Of a DNA stretch of 64,000 nt, positions 9,716-19,552 are shown one piece after another. Each line of letters starts with the position of its first letter. The first letter of the stretch is position 1. The DNA comes from Candidatus Latescibacterota bacterium. Its GTDB lineage: Bacteria; Latescibacterota; UBA2968; GCA-2709665. The DNA lies in contig OZ220733.1 of assembly GCA_965116875.1 (NCBI GenBank), forward strand, positions 2,080,001-2,144,000, in the 5' to 3' direction. The position numbers and the translations under genes are program-made. The notes below the pieces were generated by a model that saw nothing but the letters and a program-made list of their open reading frames with translations, had not been told where the DNA came from and searched no databases.

Positions 9716-11542
9716 CTACTTGAGGTACAGCAGCCGTTGCGTCTGCGCACCGCCAGGATAGCTCAGGTGGGCAATATACACCCCCGTCGACAGCAGCGTG
9801 CCGCCCTCGTCACGCGCATCCCACCTGACCTGGTACGAACCTGCCGTTCGTGTCTCATCCACCAGTGTCCGTACGGGTTGCCCCAGCAAGTTGTAGATCA
9901 CGAGCTTCACCGGACCCGGGCCGGACAGGTGGTACGTGATCACGGTCGCGCTGTTGAACGGGTTGGGTGAATTGGGCGCCAGACCGCTGGCTTCCGGCAC
10001 TGCCTCTGCTGAGAACGCCGGCTTGGCAGCGGCTTCAGGACTGGATGCGGCCAGGGCCTCGGCACGTATAACCCGCGCTGTGCCGCCCAGCGTCAGTTCC
10101 AGAACCTGGCGTTTATTGAGATTGAGCGGAATGCTGTTCCACTCCCCCACGATCTCGCCTTCGGTGTTCCGTGCCCGCGCCCTGTAGTATCCGGACCCCA
10201 CATCCGCACCGGAAATAGTCAGGTAGAAGGAGCCGTTCGCATCGGTGACGCCGCTCCAGGCGTAGTCGGACGGCCGCCCGGCGATGGCGCGGGAGAATTC
10301 CACGTCCAGCCCTGCAACCGCATCACCCAGCACCGTGGCCCGCACGTCCGTACGGCGAACCGCCGCGATATCGGATGCACGACCATAAAAGCCCGATCCG
10401 ACGATGATGTCAGCCGAGACTGTGCTTCCGTCCGGTCTCTGTAACTCGACGGCGAACTCACGTGCGTAGCCCACCTTGGGGATATCGGCGCTGTCGGTGT
10501 CGTCGGTGGGATCGTCGAAGAAATACTGTACGAAGCCGCCTTCAGGGTTGCCCTTGGCCGCCTCGATGACCTGCGGCAGAATGAACTCTCCGGTCACGGC
10601 GTCGTGGACGGTCGGCACCAGAGGCCGATACTCGAACCTGTCCGGAAACGCTGCGTGAAATAAGATGATGTTGCTTGCAAGATCCAGGACGTAGAGATAC
10701 ACGGAACCGTGTCTCCAGGGCCCGTCCGGATCCCGCAGGGCGATCCTGGCTTTCGAGGCACCGGCTGCACCGCCGGTCTTCATAAGTTCAAGGAAGTATT
10801 CTCCCGCCCCCGTGACGTAGGCCTTCAGGGTCTCGCGGTCCACCACGTCCTCGGCAGTGACCTCCGGGTCGCCGTAATCGATCTCTTCATCAACCACGTG
10901 AGATTCGTCGAGGTCGAATCCCATGAGCAGTACAACCGGAGTCCCTATATTGGGCGAGACATATACGGCGGCATGGCCCGAGGCGCCTGGCATACCAGGC
11001 TGAACGAATGGTCCATCCGGTTCCTGTGACAAAACGCCCATGACGGTGGTGAGAGCCTGGCCCATAACGGCGGGATCGGGAGATGCCAGATTCGCCAGAT
11101 CGGCCAGGGATACGCCCAGTGCCCGAAGGATCGCTCCATAGATCACGGGGTTGAGCAGACGGCCCGACAGCGCCATGTCCTTCGCGTGAATATACACTCT
11201 TCCATCCAGCGTCAGGCTCACGATGTACGTGGAACCGGAACGCCAGATCCCATCATCCTTCCTTATGATACAACCGATATATATCCCCTGCTCCAGGGTC
11301 GCAGCCCCCGCGGCGTATTCTCTGGATCGCTCGCGCACTGCCAGCGCGAAGTCCTTGAGAGTAGCGCTTCCGTCTTCCACCTGTTGCGCCGTCACACTTG
11401 GGTCGTCAGGGTGCGTCGCACCTTCAGGGAGCGGACATACTGCCACGGCCGGACGCGCGAATGCAAAGACGGCGGCCAGTATGAGCAGACCTGCAACGGG
11501 GTTTACGTATGCCTGCGCGAACAGTGTTCGGAACTTTTTCAT
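9716..11542 (-). CDS. Secreted Cache-like-domain protein with C-terminal FlgD-Ig/T9SS-type-A-like tail, paralog 1
   Basis: Signal peptide; sCache-like GPWRHGSVYLYVLD...FHAAFP...EAAKGNPEGGFVQYFFDDP...PKVGYA; tail PNSPNPFNSATVITY...IYNLLGQPVRTLV...WDARD...TGVY...LLYLK. Confidence 0.75.
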   Translation of the reverse strand: MKKFRTLFAQAYVNPVAGLLILAAVFAFARPAVAVCPLPEGATHPDDPSVTAQQVEDGSATLKDFALAVRERSREYAAGAATLEQGIYIGCIIRKDDGIWRSGSTYIVSLTLDGRVYIHAKDMALSGRLLNPVIYGAILRALGVSLADLANLASPDPAVMGQALTTVMGVLSQEPDGPFVQPGMPGASGHAAVYVSPNIGTPVVLLMGFDLDESHVVDEEIDYGDPEVTAEDVVDRETLKAYVTGAGEYFLELMKTGGAAGASKARIALRDPDGPWRHGSVYLYVLDLASNIILFHAAFPDRFEYRPLVPTVHDAVTGEFILPQVIEAAKGNPEGGFVQYFFDDPTDDTDSADIPKVGYAREFAVELQRPDGSTVSADIIVGSGFYGRASDIAAVRRTDVRATVLGDAVAGLDVEFSRAIAGRPSDYAWSGVTDANGSFYLTISGADVGSGYYRARARNTEGEIVGEWNSIPLNLNKRQVLELTLGGTARVIRAEALAASSPEAAAKPAFSAEAVPEASGLAPNSPNPFNSATVITYHLSGPGPVKLVIYNLLGQPVRTLVDETRTAGSYQVRWDARDEGGTLLSTGVYIAHLSYPGGAQTQRLLYLK

Positions 11543-11647
11543 GACAGTCCTCCCTCCCGTGAAGACAAGGCCGCAAGAGCGACCACGACTGGTTTTCTTC
11601 TTTACGATACATCGGTCCAACACACGGGACCACATCTACAATTGGGG

Positions 11648-11676
11648 ATATTAATTAAAGCTCACCAGTTATGCAA
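11648..11676 (-). promoter_or_regulatory. sigma70-type promoter of paralog 1
   Basis: TTGCAT-N17-TAATAT on the minus strand; the same architecture precedes all three paralogs. Confidence 0.65.
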
Positions 11677-11683
11677 ATAAAAA

Positions 11684-11744
11684 AACCCGTCTGAAATCAC
11701 AGCAAGCCTCGTTCTTCGGGCTCAGGGGCGATTCCGGACGGGTT
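11684..11744. repeat. Long-loop inverted-repeat element, copy 2 of 3 (possible minus-strand terminator)
   Basis: AACCCGTCTGAAATC ... GATTCCGGACGGGTT with internal GCAAGCC; preceded by an A-tract (U-tract on the minus strand). Confidence 0.7.
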
Positions 11745-11778
11745 CTCAGGTTGGAGGCATCTAATCGACCGTTCGACG

Positions 11779-13590
11779 CTATTTGAGGTACAGCAGCCTT
11801 TGCGTCTGCACACCGCCAGGATAACTCAGTTGTGCGATATAGACTCCCGTCGACAGCAACACACCATCGTCGTCGCGCGCGTCCCACCTGACCTGATAGC
11901 TGCCCGCCGCACGGGTCTCATCCACCAGCGTCCGTACGGGCTGGCCCAGCACATTGTAGATCACCAGCTTCACAGGTCCCGCGCCGGCCAGATGGTACGT
12001 GATCAGCGTGGCGCTGTTGAACGGGTTCGGCGAATTGGGCGAAAGACCACTGGCTTCCGGCACGGCCTCCGCCGCAAACGCCGGCTTGGCGGCAGCCTCC
12101 GCCTCCGCCGAGGCCAGCGATTCGACCCGTACGACTCTGGCGCTTCCGCCCAGCGTCAGTTCCAGAAACTGGCGCTTATTGAGATTGAGCGGAATGCTGC
12201 TCCATTGCCCCACGATCTCGCCCTCGGTGTTGCGAGCGCGGGCTCTATAGTAGCCAGCCGCTGCATCCGCGCCGGAGATGGACAGGAAAAAAGAGCCGTC
12301 CGCGTCCGTGACGCCGCTCCAGGCGTAGTCGGGCCTCCGGCCTGCGATTGCGCGGGAGAATTCGACGTCCAGCCCGGCAACGGCGCCCCCCAATACCGAG
12401 GCCTGCACGTCCGTACGGCGACCCTTAGCGACATCGGATGCGCTTCCGTAAAAGCCCGACCCGATGATGACGTTGAATCGGACCACCAACTCGCCTCTTT
12501 CCCATCCACCCTTGAACTCACGGGCATAACCCACCTTGGGGATATCGGCGCTGTCGGTGTCGTCGGTGGGATCGTCGAAGAAGTACTGCACGAAGCCGCC
12601 TTCAGGGCTGCTCTTCGCTGCTTCGATAACCTGCGGCAGCACGAGTTCGCCGGTCACGACGTCGCGGACCGTCGCGATCAGAGGTCGCAACTCGTACCGG
12701 TCCGGATTCGCGCCATGAAACAGGATGATGTTACTGGCAAGATCCAGGACGTAGAGATACACGGAGCCGTGTCTCCAGGGACCGTTCGGATCCCGCATGG
12801 CAACCTTGGCCTGTGAGATGGCAGCGCGACCGCCGGTCTTCCCGAGACTGCCAAAGAAACGTCCTGCCTCCGCAACAAAGGCCTTCAAACTCTCCCGGTC
12901 CACGACGTCCTCTGCAGTAACGGCCGGGTCGCCGTAATCGATGTCTTCCTCAACCACGTGAGACGCGTCGAGATCGAATCCGGCAAGCAGTATGAGCGGG
13001 TCCGACCGCCGAGAACTGACGTAGGCGCTGGCATAGCCGGAGGCGCCCGGTATACCTGGCGAAACACCAGGAACAGGTGCGGTCGCATCAAATGCACCGT
13101 GCGGTTCCTGCAACAGCGTGGCCATTACGGAAGCCGGGTCGGTCAATTCTCCCGGGGCGACTCCCAGCGAAACAAGGATTCGTGCAAGAATCGCGCGATT
13201 AAGGAGTCTGCCCGACAACGCCATGTCTTTGGAATGAACGAACACCCTGCCGTCCAGTGTCATCTGCACAAGGTAGGTGGAACCGGAACGCCAGGGCCCT
13301 CCCTCCTGCCTGACCAGGCATCCAAAGTGGTACGCTTGCTCCCCTCCCGCCACGGAAATGTCTTTGAACTGATCTCTTGCAACCTGTGCGAACTCATCCA
13401 GGCGGGCACTGCCGTCTTCCACCTGTTGCGCCGTCACACTCGGGTCCGCAGGAGGCGTCACGCCGGGAGGGAGTACGCAATCTCCCTGCGCCATGGCGGG
13501 GGGCGCATCGAAAAAGACGCCGGCCAGGACGAGCAGGCTGACAGCTGGAATAAAGGATGCCGATGTTAACGATGTTCGAGCTTTCTTCAT
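11779..13590 (-). CDS. Secreted Cache-like-domain protein with FlgD-Ig/T9SS-like tail, paralog 2
   Basis: Same architecture as 9716-11542. Start MKKARTS with GAGGGAG RBS. Confidence 0.75.
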   Translation of the reverse strand: MKKARTSLTSASFIPAVSLLVLAGVFFDAPPAMAQGDCVLPPGVTPPADPSVTAQQVEDGSARLDEFAQVARDQFKDISVAGGEQAYHFGCLVRQEGGPWRSGSTYLVQMTLDGRVFVHSKDMALSGRLLNRAILARILVSLGVAPGELTDPASVMATLLQEPHGAFDATAPVPGVSPGIPGASGYASAYVSSRRSDPLILLAGFDLDASHVVEEDIDYGDPAVTAEDVVDRESLKAFVAEAGRFFGSLGKTGGRAAISQAKVAMRDPNGPWRHGSVYLYVLDLASNIILFHGANPDRYELRPLIATVRDVVTGELVLPQVIEAAKSSPEGGFVQYFFDDPTDDTDSADIPKVGYAREFKGGWERGELVVRFNVIIGSGFYGSASDVAKGRRTDVQASVLGGAVAGLDVEFSRAIAGRRPDYAWSGVTDADGSFFLSISGADAAAGYYRARARNTEGEIVGQWSSIPLNLNKRQFLELTLGGSARVVRVESLASAEAEAAAKPAFAAEAVPEASGLSPNSPNPFNSATLITYHLAGAGPVKLVIYNVLGQPVRTLVDETRAAGSYQVRWDARDDDGVLLSTGVYIAQLSYPGGVQTQRLLYLK

Positions 13591-13696
13591 CGCGGATCTC
13601 CCTCTCGTAAAAGGATGCTCACAAACGTGACCACAGCTGGTTGTCCACTCTCTGAGAATTGACGTTGTTACCCCTGACCGAATCCCGCAAACGCGC

Positions 13697-13725
13697 ATGG
13701 TAAGTGAATTCTTTCGGCCATGCAA
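13697..13725 (-). promoter_or_regulatory. sigma70-type promoter of paralog 2
   Basis: TTGCAT-N17-TACCAT on the minus strand. Confidence 0.65.
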
Positions 13726-13851
13726 ATGAAAAATAGCGACTAAGATACGTCTACACATCGGTCTGCGAGGGGGACAGAGTGACAGCCTGAAAGTCTCTGG
13801 TCCGGTCCCGGTATGTATTCGCCTTTTTCAGTAAGTATGCCCCTTGAAGCA

Positions 13852-13917
13852 AGAACCCGTCGGAGGACTCAGCAAGCCATGCGATCAGGGTTCATCAGGT
13901 CTTTCCGGACGGGTTCT
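13852..13917. repeat. Long-loop inverted-repeat element, copy 3 of 3
   Basis: AGAACCCGTCGGA ... TCCGGACGGGTTCT with internal GCAAGCC. Confidence 0.7.
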
Positions 13918-13951
13918 CAGGAGAATACGACCTTCAATCAACGGATTCGCG

Positions 13952-15802
13952 CTATTTGAGGTAGAGCAGCCGTTGCGTCTGAACACCGCCGGGATAGCTC
14001 AAACTTGCAATATACACTCCCGTAGACAACATCGCGCCCCCGTCGTCTCGCGCATCCCACCTGACCTGATAGCTTCCCGCCGCGCGAGACTCATCCACGA
14101 GCGTCCGTACGGGCTGACCCAGCACGTTGTAGATCACCAGCTTCACAGGACCGGCGCCGGCCAGATGGTACGTGATCAGCGTGGCGCTGTTGAACGGGTT
14201 CGGCGAATTGGGCGAAAGACCGCTGGCTTCCGGCACAGTCCCGGTTTCGAAAACCGGCTTGGCGGCAGCCACCGCCTCCGCCGCAGCCAGCGATGCCACC
14301 CGAACGACTCTGGCGCCACCGCCCAGCGTCAGTTCCAGGGCCTGGCGGCGGCCTTCGTTCAGAGGGATGCTGCTCCACCGGCCCACGACCTCGCCTTCGG
14401 CATTGGTGGCCCGGGCCCGGTAGTAACCGCTCACCCCATCCGGGCCGGAGATGGTCAGCGACAACAGGCCGGCGGCATCGGTGACGGCGCTCCACGCGTA
14501 GTCGGACTGCCGGCCGGCGATGGCACGGGAAAACGCCACGTCCAAACCCTCGACGGAGTCGCCCAGCACCGTGGCCTCCACGATCGTGCTGGGATCCGTC
14601 GTGACCACGTCAGCGGGTGCGCGCCCATAGAACCCCGAGCCGACAATGAAGTTGTACGGGACGACCCTTCCACCTAACTCGGTTTGCGTTTTGAACTCGC
14701 GTGCGTATCCCACCTTGGGGATATCGGCGCTGTCGGTGTCGTCATTGGGATCGTCGAAATAATACTCCACGAAGCCGCCTTCCGGGTCACTCTTCGCCGC
14801 TTCGATGACCTGCGGCAGGATGAGTTCTCCGGTAACCGCGTCCCGGACGGTCGCGATCAGAGGTCGAAGCTCGTATCTGTTCGGAAACGCAGCGTGTATT
14901 TGGATTACGTTGCTGGTCGTATCCAGGACATAGATGTACACGGAACCGTGTCTCCAGGGCCCGTTCGGATCCCGCAGTGCGATCCTGGCGATCCCACCGG
15001 GGAAATTGCCGGTTTTCCGAAGTTCGATACAGTACTCCCCTGCTGCCGTGACGAAGGCTTTCAGGGTTTCTCGATCTACCACGTCCCTGGCGGTAACGGC
15101 CGGGGTAATGTGATCGATCTCTTCTTCAATTACGTGAGTTTCATCGAGCTCGAAACCGGCGATCATCACAAGCGGACCTCTAAAAAAGTCCGAAAAATAT
15201 GCAGCGGCATAGCCGGAGGCGCCCGGTATGCCGGGTCGCAGGCCTGATATAGGGGCGGTCGCGTCGAATGCGGCATCCGGTCCTTGCGTCAATACATGAA
15301 CCACGTCTGCATTCGCCTGGGCGGCAATCGCAGAATCGGTAGACTCCAGGTTGGCCAGAACGGTTGAGGGTACTCCCAGGGCAGAAAGGATCTCTGAATA
15401 AATAATCGGGTTGAGTCGCCTGCTCGACAATGCCATGTTCTTCGCGTGAATCAAAACACTGCCATCGGCCCTCATAACCACGATGTAGGTGGAACCGGAA
15501 TGCCAATAACTCCCTTCTTCCCGGAAGAGACATCCGTAGTAGACCACTTGTCCCAGATTCTCAGCCGTCTGGAGCTGCATAACGAATTGCTCCCTCGCGG
15601 CAAGCGTGAAGTCCTTCAGGCTGCCGCTGCCGTCTTCCACCTGCTGCGCCGTCACACTCGGCGCCACAGGGGATGTCACGCCGGGAGGGGGCGGACATTC
15701 TGCCAGGGCGGGCGGCGCGCTGGCGCAGACGCCGGCCAGCACGAGCAGACCGAATACAGGAATCAAGGATGCCGGAGTAAATAGGATTCGAACCTTCACC
15801 AT
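13952..15802 (-). CDS. Secreted Cache-like-domain protein with FlgD-Ig/T9SS-like tail, paralog 3
   Basis: Same architecture as paralogs 1 and 2. Start MVKVRIL after AAGGAG. Confidence 0.75.
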   Translation of the reverse strand: MVKVRILFTPASLIPVFGLLVLAGVCASAPPALAECPPPPGVTSPVAPSVTAQQVEDGSGSLKDFTLAAREQFVMQLQTAENLGQVVYYGCLFREEGSYWHSGSTYIVVMRADGSVLIHAKNMALSSRRLNPIIYSEILSALGVPSTVLANLESTDSAIAAQANADVVHVLTQGPDAAFDATAPISGLRPGIPGASGYAAAYFSDFFRGPLVMIAGFELDETHVIEEEIDHITPAVTARDVVDRETLKAFVTAAGEYCIELRKTGNFPGGIARIALRDPNGPWRHGSVYIYVLDTTSNVIQIHAAFPNRYELRPLIATVRDAVTGELILPQVIEAAKSDPEGGFVEYYFDDPNDDTDSADIPKVGYAREFKTQTELGGRVVPYNFIVGSGFYGRAPADVVTTDPSTIVEATVLGDSVEGLDVAFSRAIAGRQSDYAWSAVTDAAGLLSLTISGPDGVSGYYRARATNAEGEVVGRWSSIPLNEGRRQALELTLGGGARVVRVASLAAAEAVAAAKPVFETGTVPEASGLSPNSPNPFNSATLITYHLAGAGPVKLVIYNVLGQPVRTLVDESRAAGSYQVRWDARDDGGAMLSTGVYIASLSYPGGVQTQRLLYLK

Positions 15803-15907
15803 CACGGTTCTCCTTTCCGAAAAGACAAGGCACCTTTGGAGACTACGGCTGGCAGACTTCGCACTGAAAAACGGACCTTTCGCTTCGGGCTGAATCCGCA
15901 AACGCGA

Positions 15908-15936
15908 ATGTTAGGTGAATTCTATCCGCCATGCAA
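15908..15936 (-). promoter_or_regulatory. sigma70-type promoter of paralog 3
   Basis: TTGCAT-N17-TAACAT on the minus strand. Confidence 0.65.
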
Positions 15937-16094
15937 ACAAAAAAACCGTCTACGTATACTTTCGCGTTAGTGTAGCAAATTGTGACAGCACGGTCACGGC
16001 ACGCTGCCGCGGATACCGGGCGCCGGCGGGGCGTCGCGCGGGCCGTCAGTTTGAGACCATGTGCTGGCACCGCCATAGCATGATTCAGAATCGT

Positions 16095-16127
16095 AAAAAA
16101 AACACCCCGGCAAGAAACCGGGGTGTT
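16095..16127 (-). terminator. Rho-independent terminator after the PorV-like gene
   Basis: AACACCCCGG-CAAGAAA-CCGGGGTGTT stem with an adjoining A-tract on the plus strand. Confidence 0.8.
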
Positions 16128-16175
16128 GATCCTGCTCGTAATTACCTTGCACGGCAATGGCCAATCAAACTCGCA

Positions 16176-17129
16176 TCAAAACGATCCGCTCAGGCTGAAA
16201 CGAAGCGGCGGTTCGAAGTCGTTGCCGTCGCTGTACGCGAAATCCACGCGGACAACCTTGCCCTCGACGGGCTTGACCTTCAAACCCAGGCCCAGACTGA
16301 ACACTTCCGTATCGTATCCGGGTTTGACGCCGGCCCGCAGCGCGAATGCGTTCTGGAGCCAGAGTTCGCCGCCGATGCGATACCGGGGCTCGGAGTAATC
16401 CGTCGCGTAGTGACTCTCTCCTGTCAACGTCAGATAGGAGAGATCGCTGCCTCTTTCTCCGAAGACTTCCATTGCGAAACCGAAATCGAACGCGACCGGC
16501 ATCTGATAGTTGAGTTCGCGGGACTCGATGTCCTTACCCAGGTTCTTGAACGCCATCCCAAGCCGAAGGCTCCTGAACCCTGTGTTGAACGTCGTGCCGA
16601 AATTGAAGTCCACGCCGGTCAGCCTGTCGACGTCGATGGTTTCCTGCGTCCACCTCACCTGGAATCCGAACGAGAGCTTGTCGGTCAACTTCGTCGCGTA
16701 GGAAGCGCCAACGCTGAAGTCGCCGATTTCAAGCATCCGGCCGGTCCCGACCGGCTGGTAAATCGTCGTCTCCTCTACCTCCGGAACCGAAAACGCCATC
16801 ACGGCCAGCCCGACCACACCGCGTGTCGTATTGTAGGCCAACGCGCCCGAATAGAACCGGGTGTCCACAAGCCAGCGGGTGTATGAAAGGGTGTACTCCC
16901 TCTCTTCCACATTGGTGAGTCCGGCCGGGTTTACGAAGATCGTGCTGATGTCGTCGGCAATGGCTGTAAACGCCCCGCCCATGCCGGCGACACGCGCCCC
17001 ATGGTCCACCTTGTGCACGGAGAATACGGCCTGGCCGAGCCGCTTCTGCGTGTCGCTGTAAGCGGTCTCGGGCAGCAACAGCGCGTATCCTGCGCCGGCC
17101 AGGATTCCAATCCACAAGATCCGTTTCAT
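16176..17129 (-). CDS. PorV/PorQ family outer-membrane beta-barrel protein
   Basis: GARVAGMGGAFTAIADDISTIFVNPAGL signature, amphipathic strands and a terminal Phe. Confidence 0.8.
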   Translation of the reverse strand: MKRILWIGILAGAGYALLLPETAYSDTQKRLGQAVFSVHKVDHGARVAGMGGAFTAIADDISTIFVNPAGLTNVEEREYTLSYTRWLVDTRFYSGALAYNTTRGVVGLAVMAFSVPEVEETTIYQPVGTGRMLEIGDFSVGASYATKLTDKLSFGFQVRWTQETIDVDRLTGVDFNFGTTFNTGFRSLRLGMAFKNLGKDIESRELNYQMPVAFDFGFAMEVFGERGSDLSYLTLTGESHYATDYSEPRYRIGGELWLQNAFALRAGVKPGYDTEVFSLGLGLKVKPVEGKVVRVDFAYSDGNDFEPPLRFSLSGSF

Positions 17130-17210
17130 AGGTCTGTTCCTTATCCGTTTCGGTTGAACGGTTCGACGAACACGCGAACCGGGATACCAGGACGCACTGA
17201 TGCGGCCGTC

Positions 17211-19517
17211 TCACTTGCTGATCACGAAAATCCCCCGTTGCACCCTTCCGGACGTGCCATCCACCTGCGATTCGACCACGTAGAAGTATACGCCGGCCGA
17301 CGCCGAACCGACGTTGTCGATGGTTGTCTGGCTCCAGGTGGTTTCACCCCGCCCCTGGTCGTCGTGATTCACCTCGGCGATCAGATCCCCGGCAACCGTG
17401 TATATCCGAATCTGGCATTTCCGGGGGATGTTCAGAAACCGGATCTGGCCCTTGGTCTCGTAGGCGTGCGCGCCGTCGTCCCGGTACGGATTGGGGGTGA
17501 CAATCACCTTCCTGTCCAGTTGGTCCGACTGCGCCGTGGAAGGGACGTACGGCGTCGAGACTTTGACGCCGTTCACCCACTGTTCCGGCGAACTGTTTCC
17601 GCTCTCCAGGGACGGAATCGCCATGCCCGTCCCGTTCCAGTCGTTGTGCGCGGCGCTGTAGGTGCGGACGCTGTAGTCATACAAAAACCCCGCAATCGAC
17701 TTTTTGTCGACGAATTCGTACTTGCCTCCGCTGTAGAATATGTCTGACTTCAGCGGGATTTCCACCATCAGCTCCCAGGCGTCACGCTTGAAGAGGGACC
17801 GGTAGACCCGGTAGCCCAACACGTCATTGGCCTCCGCACCCGAGTAGTCCGGATTGGCCGCGCCGTCGGCCGTGTCGTCCCATACCAGATTAATGAATCC
17901 CTCGGTCGTTACGCCTGCATCCACCTTCACGTCCGGCGGCGCGTCGGGAAGGTCGTAGTTCCACTGAAAGGCTTCCTTGGCCCTGTTAACGTGCTTGACC
18001 AGGTTGTTGAACGCCTTGTCCGTACGCATCTCGTCCTGATTGCCCTGCTTGGCCCAACCCCAGATATTCTCTTCCACGGGAGCTGCGGCCGCGAGGACGA
18101 AGACGAATTTCGCCTTTTCGCCCGGCGCCAGGTCGTAGGGTCCGTACGCGATCGACCCGTGCCAGGCCCCGACCACCGGTGGATTGTCCCTGATATCGGA
18201 TTCGGCGCCCGCCAGCATGTCGTAGATTTCCCGGTAGGAATGATTTTCCTGGTCCGGCTCATCGAAGTCGCCGCGATTGCGGTATTCCCACCACCGTACC
18301 GTATGAGGCTGGTCTTCGAACCTTGGGGCGACGTAGTTGCCGTCGCCGTTCGTGTCGTAGGAAAAGGCGCCCGGGTCGTTCGAGGTTGACGGCAGGTACG
18401 CGATGGGCGCGAATCCCGCGTACTGAAATGCCGTCAGTTCGCCAGGTACGCGCACCTGCGAGGGTCGCCCGCGATACCCGGGATTTGCCGTGGACGGGTT
18501 GTACGGCTTGCCAATGTCGTCCCCCGGCATCAAGGGGTTATCCCCATCAAAGGCGTACCACATTTTCATGCCCGTTCCCGAAGCGGGTCCGTCGTAGTTG
18601 GCCGCTTCCGTAAACTTGAACCAGTCGTCGTTGTCTGCCAACTTGGTATTTCGATACCAGGCATCGTAGTTCATCCATCCGTGACCGGACTGAGAGATGA
18701 AGAAGCGGACGGAAAAAGCGAAGAACGTGTCGTTCAGCTGCAGCCCTGCGCCACCGTTCAGGTCCGCCGCGCCGTCCCCGTCCGAGTCCCCGGTATTCTC
18801 GAACTCGTAGTCCATGATCTGGAAGTCATCGTAGTCGGGGTAGCTCCACGTATACACCTTTTTGGTGACTGTGATCCCCCGCTTCGTGGTCCAGCGCATG
18901 ATGAGAATGCTCTCGGGAAAGTTATCTTTATCCGAATCCATATAGTGGCCGTACCGGTAGTTGTGAATCTCGGTAACGTACCTGCTTTCCACGGGGGACT
19001 CGCCCGGCCACCAGTTGGCCATCGCAGGACCCACTGGAGAATAGTTCGGGTATCCGATATTCGCTTCCGGCCCCATGGACGCATCGTAGGACATCATCCT
19101 GATGTCATCGGTGATCGCGCGGGGCTTGGAGATCGACACGTAGTACTCGCCCTCGGGATCGTCCCCCACGCGCGTTGCTATGTACGTGCTGAAACCGGGC
19201 ATCGTGGCCGTGGATTCGAACAATGCCGCGTAGGCCGGATGCAGGGTTCCCCAGTTCCGCTCTCCCCAGTAGTCCTGGAATTCCGTGGAATACTGTCGCG
19301 TCCACACGCCGGGATATTGCATGCCCATCTGGCGGTAATAGCTCAGCCAGGCGTCCGGGTCTTCGGAAACGCCCTGGGTCCCGTAGTTCCAGAACATATC
19401 CCACACCTTCGCGCGGGTCTGGAACCTGTGGTTCTCCTGCGACCCGGCGGGGTCAGGCACGCACAGAAGCAGCACAAGAAGCACAGCCATCGCCTCGATC
19501 TTCGGAATCTTGCTCAT
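17211..19517 (-). CDS. Secreted protein with FnIII-like domain and T9SS-like C-terminal sorting domain
   Basis: Signal peptide; PDAPPD...LVWD...GYRVYRS...YDYSVRTY (FnIII); KVIVTPNPY...IRFLNIP...IRIYTVAGDLI...SAGVYFYVV tail. AAGGAG RBS before 19517. Confidence 0.7.
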   Translation of the reverse strand: MSKIPKIEAMAVLLVLLLCVPDPAGSQENHRFQTRAKVWDMFWNYGTQGVSEDPDAWLSYYRQMGMQYPGVWTRQYSTEFQDYWGERNWGTLHPAYAALFESTATMPGFSTYIATRVGDDPEGEYYVSISKPRAITDDIRMMSYDASMGPEANIGYPNYSPVGPAMANWWPGESPVESRYVTEIHNYRYGHYMDSDKDNFPESILIMRWTTKRGITVTKKVYTWSYPDYDDFQIMDYEFENTGDSDGDGAADLNGGAGLQLNDTFFAFSVRFFISQSGHGWMNYDAWYRNTKLADNDDWFKFTEAANYDGPASGTGMKMWYAFDGDNPLMPGDDIGKPYNPSTANPGYRGRPSQVRVPGELTAFQYAGFAPIAYLPSTSNDPGAFSYDTNGDGNYVAPRFEDQPHTVRWWEYRNRGDFDEPDQENHSYREIYDMLAGAESDIRDNPPVVGAWHGSIAYGPYDLAPGEKAKFVFVLAAAAPVEENIWGWAKQGNQDEMRTDKAFNNLVKHVNRAKEAFQWNYDLPDAPPDVKVDAGVTTEGFINLVWDDTADGAANPDYSGAEANDVLGYRVYRSLFKRDAWELMVEIPLKSDIFYSGGKYEFVDKKSIAGFLYDYSVRTYSAAHNDWNGTGMAIPSLESGNSSPEQWVNGVKVSTPYVPSTAQSDQLDRKVIVTPNPYRDDGAHAYETKGQIRFLNIPRKCQIRIYTVAGDLIAEVNHDDQGRGETTWSQTTIDNVGSASAGVYFYVVESQVDGTSGRVQRGIFVISK

Positions 19518-19552
19518 ATCCAGGGTCTCCTTCGTGACGGCATCGAATCTTA

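Noticed and set aside
9716-15802. Diversity-generating retroelement as the source of paralog variation
   Set aside because: No reverse transcriptase is present and no adenine-specific TR/VR pair was seen.
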